The position numbers and the translations under genes are program-made. This document shows, one piece after another, positions 26,677-39,784 of a DNA stretch of 64,000 nucleotides. The DNA is taken from the NCBI RefSeq assembly GCF_037042905.1, contig NC_087245.1, forward strand, positions 9,922,001-9,986,000, in the 5' to 3' direction. Under the pieces are notes generated by a model, which saw nothing but the letters and a program-made list of their open reading frames with translations, searched no databases and was not told the DNA's origin. The DNA is from Lytechinus pictus (Eukaryota). The number at the start of each line of letters is the position of its first letter. Position 1 is the stretch's first letter.

Positions 26677-26805
26677 CTGTTTGAAGTGATGGATGACTGA
26701 TGATTCTCCAACCAATTCTCAAGTCTAGATTCCTTGCTCTCACCAGGAAGAGATGATTTCAATGATTTACCAGGTGCCACACTCGATATAATACCTTGCA
26801 TATTC
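26677..26805 (-). CDS. CCDC14: CCDC14-like exon
   Basis: tttcag acceptor, gtatgc donor; 129 nt; phase 2/2; NMQGIISSVAPG... Confidence 0.8.
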
Positions 26806-27074
26806 CTGAAAGAAATAATTATCATCTTTACAGAGTAATTGAGCAGTGCATGATTTTGCCTGCACAGTATCAGAACATACTGCACAATTATGAATAATGA
26901 TCCTTAAAAGATGGTAATAATCATAATGGATGTCTTTATTTCATGGGTTAAAGGAATATTCCACTTGTAAGGGCCATTATTGCCCTCATCTATGCTTCAT
27001 GCAATATGCGCCCGAACTAGCTGAATATTTCTGGTATTCAGTTCTGAGCCAGCCAATTTGATATGTATATATAT

Positions 27075-28018
27075 TTAAGGACGTTCCACAGTTATGTTTG
27101 TGCGCATTATGATCTGCGCATAGTTTACACTCTGCGCGCTGACGTCACAATGGATGAACAGGTGATTAATTAGCTGCGGGTATGAGCTGATTTTTCTCAT
27201 CTTCTGCACTTTAACTGCAGATCCGATACCTTATTTCATGAAGCTAAAAAATTGAATTATTCCATGGACCATTAAAAAAAAAATTCTCTACAATTTCAAA
27301 ATACTTTACTCTGCAGTGCTGCCAAGAATCACGAATATTACCCCGAGTTTGAATAAATGGTAGAGTGGTTTTGATTTTTTCTTCACATAGATACAAGGGA
27401 TTCGGCGCATTTTTGGTGTTTTAAAAAGCACATTTGCTCTAATAAAAATGCTGATAGTTTAAAAACAAGCACATGAACCCCTATTTTTTAATGTTTGTAC
27501 CTCTTAGGTATACCCTCCTCTACAACTCTGCAAATTTTGGTGAAAATGACATGGATTTTAAATAAAGTGCAGCATTTGTTGTACGTTTGTAGTTTGTGGC
27601 TGAAATTTTACATTTTTTAGATTGGGATTTTGTTATCTTTTACGCCATTTTAAAGAACTGACAGTGCTGTTAAACTTAAAATTGCAAACAAATAGCACTT
27701 TAAATAGATTCTCTATTCTAACGATACAATTACTAACTCTCTCGCGAAATTTGATGACTTTTTCATGTATTTTGACTGAGTAATACAGGTTTAAACTCAT
27801 TGTAGTAAACTTGGGCGGTCTAAAAATGCCAAATTCTTTTGAATGCGCAATTCTAAAGAACATTCATTTAGGTGAACTTTGAAGCTCTATAGCAAAAAAT
27901 CAAGCACATGGACCTATGTTAATTTTTGCATATTTCGAATATTAAGGTTCTTAATTATCTATGTGCAAAGTTTGGTGAAAATGACATGGATTTCACTTTA
28001 ACTGTGGAACGTCCTTAA
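27075..28018. mobile_element. TTAA-flanked non-autonomous DNA transposon
   Basis: Perfect termini ttaa-ggacgttccacagtta / taactgtggaacgtcc-ttaa. Confidence 0.85.
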
Positions 28019-30595
28019 ATACTTGATATTACATGCTAATTATATAATGCTGAAAATTATTATTTGCATCAATGGGAAGTTAAACATTTAAAATAAATAC
28101 AATATATCTCACTCTGACATGGCCTTTAATTAAATGCATTCTGAAACTAAAGGTTGGGTTACTGTTACAGGAAATGGGCATGTAAGAAAGTAGTGGAACC
28201 ACTTGACACTAATAACAGGAAAAAGAAAGTATCTATAAGCAAGGAAAATGATTGTAAATACACATTTTGCAAAAGGGCAAAAACAATTTTTTTTCATTTT
28301 ATTGTACAGGAACAAACTTTCAGCCCAAATACCAGTAGCTGTCATATTCCTGTCTCAGATGACTATAAAAAATACAGAAAATATTTGAAATATTTTTTTT
28401 TCCTTTTTTGTGTGTGGGGGGGGGGGGGGCAGCATTTTATCTCAACATAAGAAACATTTATATCATATTGGATGGCTTAGAATGGAATACCTGAAATATT
28501 CCAAGAGTTTGGGCAAATATTCCACGAATCGCAGATGAGTGGAATATTGGCCCTAACGAGTGGAATATTTCTGGTATTCCATGAAAGAAAGCCATCCAAT
28601 ATAATTATAATCATCTATCCCACCCCTAGCACTCAAAAAGAGGGATAAATTTGATTAAACAAGTCATATCACTTATGGCATCGTCACTTCATAAGTTCAA
28701 ATTTGGTTGTTACATGCGACTTGCATGTAGTTCATTATAACGTCATTGAGTGTTGTTGTTGTGCTGTGCACCGCATTGATTTCATCGTACGCGTTGCATA
28801 TTACACGCATTCGCGCATGCGCCCTATAATACTGTTGAATATGCTCTCACATTCATTAGCAAATTTTGTACAGGAGCCTACGGGATAATCTTTGGATTTT
28901 GGTTATTCTAGGGATACGCTCTGATACTGCACAGGCAATTAATGCAGACCAAAATACATGTTTTTAATGTATGGCTAAAACACTCTATATAGATAATAGA
29001 TTTTATCATATTGTATAAAACATGTCATTCTCACATTTTTATCTATAAACAGGGGGGGGGGGGTTTCACAGAGCTGTCTTTTTTTAAACTTATGCATGAC
29101 TTTAAGAATGACAGAAATCCAGAAAGTTGGATTGGGTATTGTGCTTGCATGACCTCATGTTGGAATATTCAGATATTTCCTGTCAACCACAATTTCTAGC
29201 AATATTTTTTCCATCTATTAAGGTATGTCGCAATCCCCGCATCGCGGCAGCGAAATTTCTGTCACTGTGTGTGCGAGATGGACGGGGAATCCCCTGTAAA
29301 TGGAGCTTTCTCAGTGGTTAAATGTACTTCTAATACATCGGATACTAGTTTTTGAGAATGTTGAAAACTTCCTCTTCAATTTGGTATCTGATTTATATTG
29401 AGACAATTTATGCTTGCGATAAGTCGACGAAGACAAAGTGAAGTGAAAGTTCAACCCGTTCAAATTCCATGACCGGGGTATTGGACCGAGATAAAAGGTA
29501 TATAGGATGATTATTTATCTTTTAATTAGTGCTCATGTGAAATCTTATCGAAATTTGACGATTCCAACTATCATTTTTTGAAGCGACATTGGTGCATGTC
29601 ATGGATTGGCAGTAACTCTTGTATGGTCACTACGGCTACGCTGTACCCGAATGCTACGTACTAATACATGAACTTGCACTATGCTGTGAGTGGCGATCGA
29701 ACGATCTTGTTATGTCATTAATTATGTATCAACAGTCTTTCCCAAAATAATCTATAAAGACAGACAAATGTATTTGGTAGCAGATATTTCACTCTACTTA
29801 TGGTAAAAATTTCAGATGGATTTCTTTATCCTGAAGAAAGTTATGACCATTTTCATTCTTCAATAGCGTGTTCTTGATCACAGTTTTTGGTCGTCTACAT
29901 AGGAAATGAATACGGTGTCAAATATGCAAATTTTTTAGTATAAAATTAGCATAACTTCCTTAATCTAAAACATTTAGGGATGAGTAAGGTATCAAATTAA
30001 AGGTTTTTGCAAGCTCTATTCAATGAGATAAGTTTCAAGATGTTTCCATGATTTTTATTTTTTTTGTAACATACCTACATCTATACTCTTCTAACAAAAA
30101 TGGGGCACAATTTACATTCAATCAAATACTTAACAAAAGTAAATAAATATTTTGAACTCTGACACTGACAAGTCATATCCTAAGCCCAGATACGAGAGTT
30201 TGGCGTTGAAACTTGAATTGTCAGGAGCATAGGAAAAGACACATTGTGCCTGTTTCATTGTAACTGTTATCACGTTGCCATTATTACAGCTATTCCACTA
30301 TTATGACTGCCATGGATTGCCATTGGCTGCTGAGCCCTGTTACCATGGTAGTTGCCATAATGGCAAAGTTAAAATAGTTTAACTCTTTATGGAACAGGCC
30401 CCTTGTCTATGGGAGATATTGTATTCTCTTTGACTTCAAAATGGCTCATCTTGGACATATCCTGGGCATAGCATAATAATCATCATGGATCCTATTATAA
30501 TGTAGATATATAGCTTCCTATGGGCAATGACATGATATAAAGAGCAAACTCATACTTGACACACTACACAGATCTTCAACCCAAAGATGCTGTAC

Positions 30596-30789
30596 CTTGT
30601 CATCTGTTGCAGTCTCTTGATCTCTGAATCTCTCTGCTTCACACTCTGTCTTAAAATATCTTTCTCTTTCTCAACAGCCTCAGCCCTAAGATTCTCAGAT
30701 TCCAGTTGAGATTTTAGCTTAGTGATCTCTTGACGCACTGTGCTTGTTTCCAGAGTCCAACTTTTTCTCTTCTCCTTTAGATCATTGTC
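30596..30789 (-). CDS. CCDC14: CCDC14-like exon (coiled coil)
   Basis: tttag acceptor, gtacag donor; 194 nt; phase 0/2; EKEKDILRQSVKQRDSEIKRLQQMT. Confidence 0.87.
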
Positions 30790-31467
30790 CTAAATATGGA
30801 AAAAATAATTTTAATCTCATTTTTATCTTTTACTTTGAGCAAGCAAACATGTCATCAGGATTGGAAACTGCAGAAAGAGTTATAATCACACTGCAACATT
30901 TTCCACTGTCTGATTGAATAAAAAGTATATATTTCTAAGATGCTAGCATTAATGAGCTCCTACCCCAAAAGTATCATACTGCCCTCTCTTGGCAATTTGT
31001 GGATAGTCAAGGGTAACTGGTACCATTCTCTTTACATCATAACAAATAGTCTCAGTCTTCATGTTTTAATCTTTAAAAGATATCAATTTTATCAAGTTTT
31101 TAATTAGATGGTATAACATTTATCAAAAATACTACTGGTAATTGATTTTTTTCTTCAATTAAGTGTTCAACATACTATTATCAATCAATTAATCACATGT
31201 TCAGTGACCTTAATTAAAGTCTACTTTAATTGCCTCTTGAACAATCCTGAATTTTCCATATCAGTATTTCATATAATTTCTCACATTTTGAATGTACTCT
31301 TTTTTTTAATCAAGACTGATATAAATGCACACTGAAATATAAATTTAAATTGAAATAATATTCAGTTGCTACACATTCTGCAACAAACAATACACATCTA
31401 CAGTCATTTAATGCACACATTTATAATGAAATAACCAAGGGAAAATTGGAGAGTTGTAGTATTTTAC

Positions 31468-31625
31468 CATTTTCTTGAAGACATCTTGCATATTGTGTTT
31501 ATCAGTAGTGAGAGTATCCACAGAAGCTCTTAACTCAGTAATATCTCTAGCCTGTCTCTCTGTCTCACTTTGCAGTTCTTCTACTTGCTTCTGAAGGTTT
31601 ACATTCAAAGACTGCAGAGTTAATG
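31468..31625 (-). CDS. CCDC14: CCDC14-like exon (coiled coil)
   Basis: gacag acceptor, gtaaaa donor; 158 nt; phase 1/0; LQSLNVNLQKQVEEL. Confidence 0.87.
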
Positions 31626-31674
31626 CTGTCAATGAAAAAAAATCAGAACTTATAATACAATTTAATGTCACTAT

Positions 31675-31898
31675 AATAATAATAACAATTAATAGCTGGA
31701 TTTATATAGTGCTTTTTGCCTGAGGATACAAAGCTCTTGCTATTTATCATCCCGGCTTTAGCTCGAGCTACCATCACCTGCGCTCAGTGCATGCAAGGAA
31801 TTAATCCTGGCAGGTACCCATTCACCTCACCTAGGTCAAGTGCAGCACAGAATGGATAAATTTCTTGCTGAAGGAAAACACGCCATGGCTAGGATTCG
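31675..31898 (-). mobile_element. 5'-truncated tRNA-derived SINE
   Basis: Shares the B-box end and core (tgctgcact.gacc.aggtgag...aatgggtacc) with the 36468 SINE; tatataaatccag...(tta)n tail; related fragment at about 8525-8680. Confidence 0.75.
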
Positions 31899-32858
31899 AG
31901 AGAAGACCTTTTATCTATCATATTTACAGGAAAATCACTTTCTTGTTTTCATATTAAGATAATCTTCCAAGGTGTATCCTCTATAAATACCATCTCTTTA
32001 TCCCAGAAAGTAACACCAATTCATCATGTCATAGGGGAGACTTTCCTTTCGGAATAAGAGTTATATCAGCCATGAGTGTTAGTGCTACTTTCAAACTAGA
32101 TGGGGACCAAGCGAGATGTGAATATGAATATAATGAGCTTAGCAACTCCCTGAGGAGTAGAGATGGTACATACATTGTATTAGGGTAAACTAGAGTCCAA
32201 AGATTGGGGCGATAGTCAGTAGCGCTAAGATTATCATCATTGCTGTAAATTTAACTTGTTTGAGATACAATGATTCATTATCCTATCAGCATCAAAGGAC
32301 TCCATAAAAGATTAGTAGTATTTTGTTAATACCGCTGTAATGGACCATCCTCCATATTTCATATGATTTATATAATTTGTTAAATTTGATCATGTATATA
32401 TTTTATTCTTTTTATATGTAAATAAATACAAACATACAAAGAAACATTTAATTTTCTTGTTATCACAGGGATTAATTGACTATGGGAACAGAGTGGTCCC
32501 TGTACAAGATCAATGAGAATTAGAAAATTCTGTATTCAATGGTTAATTAAAATCTTGATAATACCATTTTTTGCCTTGACTCATCGCAGACACTATTTTT
32601 ATACTTTGTGAGAGAGCACACAGTGAAACCCATCTATAAACATCACAATAATGGGAAAGAAAAGTGACCATTATAAGCAGGTGCTAGATATTATTAAAAA
32701 GAAAAAAGACATTGGTTCTTTTGGGGCAAATGATCTTTACAAAAAAGGTGGTCATTAAGCAGATTTGAATGTACAAGAGGTTAAGACAATGAATTAAAAT
32801 TTAAATTTTTACAATATGCATGTATTTGATTGACAATACAAGAAGCAACATTGCTAAC

Positions 32859-33089
32859 CTTCTAAACTGACTCCTGATTGGCTGCTTTCCTTTGTTTGTA
32901 CTTGAAGTTGGATCTGTCTAAGTTGCTGATTGGCTATTCTAAGTCTTCTCCTAAGCTGACTATTCTCACTTCTGATTGGTTGAAGGGCAAGACTAATCTC
33001 TGTTTGTAGATCTCTATTAAGACTGGTGAATGGTAACGTCTCAATCACTTCCTCAAGCTCTGATAGAAGCTCTTGAGTTTGTACATCAC
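32859..33089 (-). CDS. CCDC14: CCDC14-like exon (conserved core)
   Basis: tgtag acceptor, gttagc donor; 231 nt; EISLALQPIRSENSQLRRRLRIANQQLR matches the CCDC14 LQPLRSENAQLRR.LRILNQQLR hallmark. Confidence 0.92.
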
Positions 33090-33757
33090 CTACAGAGATG
33101 ACAACAAAATGAAAGAAAGATTTACACTTACAAGTACAAATTATAACTACTTCAGCTTTATTCAATCTCTATTTCAATAACAATAATATAATGTAAAGAC
33201 TGATGGAACATCAATTTGGTACCATTCTACACATGCTTATAAATACGATTTTAATTTTACAGAGTACCGGGAAGGAGAATGTAATGTATAAACAAGTGTC
33301 CTGCCTAGGGTCAAAACTAGAGCAATGTTTTGGTATTTACAGTCAAAGTTTGAATGCAGTCCATTATTAAAGATATTAGACCATTCTACACATTCCAGTC
33401 AATATTGAATCTTTTAAATCCATTGCTCAACACTTTATAAAATCTCCATTTGAAAAAAAAAAAGGATGGCGAGTCTGTGATCATTCACAGATATCAACAA
33501 ATGTTACTTTATAAATTGCATCGGTATCAGGTTATCTTCTACCTGAAAACTCCCTTGCGTATGGCTTCCCGAAGAGACAGCTTCTTTCTAGAAAACTCTC
33601 TTGAAAGGACCTTTTTCCAAATGTTAACTCCCCTGAGGGACTTTGTTTTTTTATTTTAGTGTTATTGTTGAATGATGAGAATGAATCTAATGAAATTATA
33701 TTAAAAGCTACAAAGTATTAACCTACACCAGAGAGAATGAAATACACATTATCTCAC

Positions 33758-33949
33758 CAATTTTCATGTTTGCACAATGAAGCTCCTTAGTAATGTACCT
33801 CAGTGTTCGTACCTGATCCCATAATGCATTGCTACCTTTAGAACCTGTCAGAACAGCAGGAGGTCGAGTGCTCAAGGGCGGAGTCTGTACACCAACATCA
33901 CCTTTTGCTTGAGGACTTTTACGAGATGCATGACGAGGCTTGAAGTTAC
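33758..33949 (-). CDS. CCDC14: CCDC14-like exon
   Basis: ctaag acceptor, gtgaga donor; 192 nt; phase 1/1; ends DQVRTLRYITKELHCANMKI, resembling the CCDC14 YLLGEL motif region. Confidence 0.8.
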
Positions 33950-34140
33950 CTTAGAATAAATGAAATAATCCAACAGATATTCCATTTATCTTAGCTTATG
34001 AGCAGCTAGTAATAGGCTGTTGCAAGAAATTTATGCTCAATTCCACACCAAGGGTAAGTCCCAAAACGAGTATAAGTCATTGATTAAAAGTGCAGTTAAC
34101 TTTGCAGTTGATTTGCGTTCAATTGCAACTCACTTTTTTT

Positions 34141-34437
34141 GCACAGCCCAATTACACTTGATTTGCATTTGAATGCAAGACTCTTGAAATGCCCCTTAAG
34201 AGTATGAATAGAAATGAAAGAAATACTTTTATTCCAGTTTAAAAGTGCACCCATCTTGTGATGTATATGTTTTAGGATAAGTATTTTATGCACAGCCCAA
34301 TTACACTTGATTTGCAATTAAATGCAAGACTTTTAAAATGCCCCTAAAGAGTATGAATAGAAATGAAAGAAATACTTTTATTCCAGTTTAAAAATGCACC
34401 CATCTTTTGATGTATATGTTTTAGGATAAGTATTTTT
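34141..34437. repeat. Direct tandem duplication, about 149-bp unit
   Basis: gcacagcccaattacacttg... starts at 34141 and again at 34290 with few substitutions. Confidence 0.85.
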
Positions 34438-35069
34438 ACAGATAATTGGTGCTATACAAATGCTGTTCATCATCAAGTATATATTGGCCTATCTTTGTGA
34501 AAAGGAATTCTAAGGTTAAGAAATAATGTTATTCCATCTCACAATTACTATCGATTCCTGACTAGCTGCCTTCAAGAAAAAAAAACACAAATTGATGTTA
34601 GAGGAAAATGCATTCAGAGGAGCATTTCATGAACTATTTTGCTATATGAATATCTTATATAGATATCTTTTGTTTCCTTTTAATTTTAAGTTAACATGAT
34701 GATATGAACCATGTACAGTTCCATTTCATAAAGACTTGTTATAGTAACAAATGCATAATTTCTAAAACAAATTTACAATCAGCCAATCAGATAGAAGGAT
34801 TTCAGTAGCTTTTAACTGTTATTGTGAATTTATTTTTGTAACAAGTTTTATGAAACGGGTCCCAGATTTTTGTATGAATTTATGTTTAAGAAGTAGAAAT
34901 GTGTGAAATGGAAGAAATTAAATATTTGAATAAATGAATGAATAAGCTACTGAAATTCTTGTATTTGATTGGCTCTGAGCAAATTTGTCAGTAAAAGCCA
35001 CTAACATGGTGCTTCATAAAACACTCGCTGGTCTTTTTGAAATCCATGATAAAACCATTCATACCATAC

Positions 35070-36419
35070 CTGTCTTCCTGTCCACCACAGTATCCATTGG
35101 ATCTTCAGCAGTCTCAGGTGAAATTCTTTGCATCTGTGTCACAACAGATCCAGGGCTCTGATTAGTGGCCTGCTGATCACATGACTGGCCAGAATCCCTG
35201 ACTGGCTCAAGCTGCTCGGCTCCATTTAGAAGATCTGTATCATGCATTCCTACATCACTATCTTCTAGATGAGTCCCATGGTTTGCGGACCTTGATGTAT
35301 GATAGACTTGACTATGCTTGGGAAAGTTCTTGTTCATTGATATAGTATCTTGAATCTTCCTCTCTTGGTCTCTTGCATCATAATCCACACCCCTCCTGTG
35401 AAAATCCTTTGATTCTTGCCCCGCTTGTTGCTGTGTATGGCTGGTATCATTCTGGGTCATTGCATTTCCTGAGGGGTGTGAAAGCTGAGCTTGTGGGGTT
35501 TGGATCTGGCTTTCATTCATTCTCTGGAGTTTGCCCACCAAGTCTCGCAAGATAGATTGAGTTGTCTGCACTGTTCCAAGCCCATGGCTGACTGGACCAT
35601 GCCACACTCCATGATCAAGCTTTGAGTCAAGACTTCTGGAAGATTGTGTGCCTGGAGCCATTCTAGAGTTATTCCATGTACATGTAGATGCACCTGGCTG
35701 ACCAGTTGTAACATAACCTTGATTATGCTGATCTTGTGTATTTGGATGCTGCTGATGCTGCTGTTGGTGGATCAGGTGTTGATGATGAACAACCTGTGTT
35801 TCTAGATTGTCTTCATTCCCAGGAGTACTTTCTGCACGGTCTATATCTATACAACTCACCCATGGTTGAGCATTAGGGTCTAGGTAATTCCCAGTACTCA
35901 TGTCACCAGTTTGTCCATTAGTTTCTTCAGGAAACTGCTGTTCTTGTCTTACTTGCCTAGGCTGCAAAGTACTTTCAGTCTTTGGAGCTCCTGCATAACG
36001 ATGTGGTCTCTCATCCAACGTGGCTTCCATAGGTCTTTCCTTTTGTCCAGGATGCTGTTTTATAGGGTTTCTGATTGCTTCTGCCTTTACTCTTGTCTTT
36101 CTGATAACATTTTCATTCAGTACCTTGGGTGTTACATCATATGTTTCAATGAATCTTCCTTGGCCGTCCATTCCCTGTAAGCGTTGCTTTGATAACGGAA
36201 AGTTCTCCTTTCCTGGAGAAACCCTTGCAGGGATCCTTAAATGAAATTTATCTACTACCTCTGTCTTTTCTTGGTGTATATCTTTAGATTGCATTCTATC
36301 TCTATATGGCTTCTTTCTTTCTCCATTGCTCAATTTTGTCTGTTTATGATTTGGTGTTGAAGAGATAAGCTTCTGATTGAAGGACCTCCTTCCTGTCTGT
36401 TTCTTGTCTTTGAGAGAAC
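35070..36419 (-). CDS. CCDC14: CCDC14-like large low-complexity exon
   Basis: tgcag acceptor, gtatgg donor; 1350 nt; phase 1/1; contains the 424-aa ORF; Gln/His/Ser/Thr-rich. Confidence 0.85.
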
Positions 36420-36467
36420 CTGCACAAGAAAAAAATACACACAGTCAATACTTTGTAGGCTGAAGGT

Positions 36468-36760
36468 GGAGCGTCGTGGCCCAGTGGATTAGTCTCCAGG
36501 CTTTGAAACAGAGGGTCGTGGGTTCGAATTCCAGCCATGGCGTAATTTGCTTCAGCAAGAAATTCATCCACAGTGAGCTGCACTCGACCCAGGTGAGATA
36601 AATGGGTACCTACCGGCAGGAAGAAATCCCTCAAAAAGCTGTGTGCACCTGAATAGGTAGCCTAGCTTAGCCGGTGTAATAAAAATAGCAGGGCCCGCTG
36701 GGAAAACAGTTTCATAACTGAAGTGGCTACCCTGGGTAAATATACCCCGTTATTATTATT
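36468..36760 (+). mobile_element. Full-length tRNA-derived SINE
   Basis: A box tggcccagtgg, B box ggttcgaattcc, central core, 3' tail ending (tta)n. Confidence 0.85.
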
Positions 36761-37249
36761 AAAGGACACTTCTTTTTCATTACTTTTTTTTTTTTTTTTG
36801 TCTTCAAGTTGAATTGTCAATGTCGAAGCTTTTTATAATTAATTCTAGCAGATTTATCACATAGCAGAAATAAGTTCACAAACATCTGCAGTGTCTCTAC
36901 AGTCTACTTTGCATGTACATGTAGCAAGTAAATATAGTCAAAATAATATTTTGGTTAATATGTAATACATTTAAAAAATATGTACCTGTTATATATGGTG
37001 TTGTAACAATTAAAACCATGAAGGTCTTTTCCTGTATTTCTTAATTCATTTTTATTCCCTTACTTCATCATAACCTCCTGTATGCAAGAGGGCAACAGTT
37101 ATTAAATACACTTTCAAAAGTTTTCAAAAAGTCTGTTAGTTATACCATATTACATAATGAACTACAATTTTTTTTTTCAAATAGGAAAAAAAAACAAAGT
37201 TCCACAAACCTCAAACAAAATAAATTTGATTTTACAAGATAAACCAAAT

Positions 37250-37652
37250 TTAAAGGTAAATTCCAGTTCTGGGAACGATCTCAAAATGACTTTTTACAGA
37301 ATCTAATATAATGACCACCCAAGTGTCTGTTTGTATGAATAAAAAATATGTGCCAAAGGATTCTGGAAGAAATTGTGTAATTGCTGAGAAATAAGCAAAA
37401 TAAGCGCGGATTCGGTCACTTCCGTCGGGTCTTTATTCCAGCAATAATAATACACTGTCCCACGTGCGCCTATCTGTGTTGGCAATCTTCAGTGTGATCG
37501 TATTTCAGCTTAGATTTTATGATTTCACAAAGTTCAGTTTATGTAACTGTACCAGATCTAGATCCACAATGATAAAGTCATACTTAACCTTGGTTTTACA
37601 GACTTTCTCACGAAATTAGTGTTTTACTGCAAATACTGTAATTTAGCTTTAA
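37250..37652. mobile_element. TTAA-flanked MITE
   Basis: ttaa-aggtaaattccagt ... actgtaatttagct-ttaa. Confidence 0.7.
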
Positions 37653-37694
37653 CCCTTTTTTCAAACATTATTTAGTCTTATCATTAATTCTCAC

Positions 37695-37850
37695 CAGACT
37701 GAGTAGATTTCTTCTGGGTGGAAGGTGCCTTTGATTTAGTCTTTGCAACAGGACCTTTCTGCTTTGTTGTCAATTTATCATGCTGATTTCTGTGTGACAT
37801 GCCTCCTTGCTTGACCTTTACACCTCTTTCTAGTTTTGTAGGGATGCTTT
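37695..37850 (-). CDS. CCDC14: CCDC14-like exon
   Basis: ttccag acceptor, gtgaga donor; 156 nt; phase 1/1; open Lys-rich frame. Confidence 0.8.
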
Positions 37851-38685
37851 CTGGAATAAGAAATGACCATTCTAACATTAGTACAAAAATGTTGACAGAA
37901 TGATTGTTTTATGCACATTAATTGATTCCCATTTCATAATGAATTCAAGTTTGATATTTGCAATATGTGTACATAAATCATAACCTCCCTATTCTGATAA
38001 TATATAGAAGAAGTGTTATTTCATGTAGTAATCACAAATAAACTTTGAAAATAAAGAGAAACATATGAGAAAAGAAACTTAATCTTATCCCCATTATTCA
38101 TGTCATCATTTTTATTCATCATCATCATTAGCATAATAATAATCCTTCTTGATCTTGACCTTGTTCATCTTTTCATCTTCCTAATGGCCTTGAGCATTTT
38201 TATCAAATGAAATTGGTGCTTCACAAATATGACAATTATTATCTGTCATGGAAATTTATTATCAATACTGTTACTATCAATCTTATTATAACTTTTATTA
38301 CTTTTATCATAATCATTGATTATTATCAGCAAAGTTTTTATATCATTATCTTTCCTCAGCTAAGCTTCTGAAAGATAGGTGAGAGCGATCTCCAAATTGC
38401 CTGTAAGATATGAATAATCTGTCCCATCAGCATGTGTAGTAATTTGTTTCTATCCATACATTATTCATCATCCAATCATAGCTTCCTGTACAAGCTGCCA
38501 AAGGGATTACTACATAAAGTGTCAATAGCCTTCACAAAACTTAAAATATGTTTTTAAATACATTTTTTTTTTTTTTTTATAGTTAAACAAACAATCCAAA
38601 TACATAACTGAATCAAACCAGTTCTATATACATGAAAACATTCCTCCTTAGATCTACTGTATAAGAATCCCTCATCCTAACATAC

Positions 38686-38837
38686 CTGATCCGTCACTCT
38701 CCATCATATTAGCAAGGAGAGCAGCACACCTATCTAACCCTCTATGAGTACTCATCACTTGATCATCAGTATCAGTTGAGTATAAAGAATAGCCTGACTG
38801 GATTGATGATGGGCTCACAGGTCTCTGGGATTTAATC
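38686..38837 (-). CDS. CCDC14: CCDC14-like, first recognised coding exon
   Basis: cttag acceptor, gtatgt donor; SGYSLYSTDTDDQVMSTHRGLDRCAALL resembles the conserved CCDC14 N-terminal motif (SGYS...GLDxCAxLL); needs an upstream phase-2 exon. Confidence 0.85.
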
Positions 38838-39712
38838 CTAAGAAAGAAAAAATATAGAAACACTTTATTTGATAAATGGTATTTACTATAAGATTCAATT
38901 TGCAGCCAAAGGCTGAATTACATGAATTTGTACAAAGTAAAAGTTTCAATATACATATACAAAAAGATAATTGAAAATGTATATTAATAATGTATAATAT
39001 AGGGAAGGGGAATTCAGAGAGAAATGTATACAAAAGTAGTAATGTCCGAAAGAATGGGAGATTAGGAGTAGACTGAAGTTATATACAGTATAATAACATT
39101 TTTAAATAGTGAACATTTTATCCTAAACAGTGGTGCTAAAAACTTAGTGAACCCAACCAGAAAATGAACATATTTCAAGTGTTCAAGTTCTGCCATGTTA
39201 TAGATATTTAATTGTGAAGTCAGGTGATAAAACATTACATTCAATAAAATTGATTTCTCTGGGCTCGCCGAACATAGTGTTGTTGTCTCCATTCAACACT
39301 CAGGATGAAGGAATGCATATTCTGGTGGGGTTCACTAACATTTTAGCACAGAGATGGGTTAGTGGCTACTGGCTAGGGCGAACCCAATCTGATTAGCAGT
39401 CAGATAAACAGATTTTCCACCCCACCAATTACATTCCTTGGTTGAGTCAAGATGAGTTTTGAACAATAAGCCGCCATGCCTCAACTGGATCAAAGCAAAT
39501 GCTTAGATACAGTACATGTATGGAAAAATTATACAAATGTGAGAAATTATACATGTACAACAGCTTTGTCAACTTTTAATATTTAAATAAGAAATGAATG
39601 AAGAGAACAATGGTAGGCGTAGCTTAAATCAAGGTTCCCCAGAGCTACTTAGCCTCTGGAAACTTTGGTGAGGCAAAAAAAATCAGAGCAGGTTTTCCCT
39701 AGCCTCTTACCC

Positions 39713-39784
39713 GTCTCTGTTGTCTAGTGGTTAAGGCACCAGCGTTGTAAGCTGGGGGCCCAGGTTCGGTTCCAGGCAGAGACA
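39713..39784 (+). pseudogene. tRNA-like pseudogene, nominal Thr(TGT)
   Basis: 72-nt cloverleaf: acceptor 7/7, D stem 4/4, anticodon stem 5/5, T stem 4/5. Non-canonical G32 and T-loop TTCGGTT; no T-run terminator. Confidence 0.65.
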
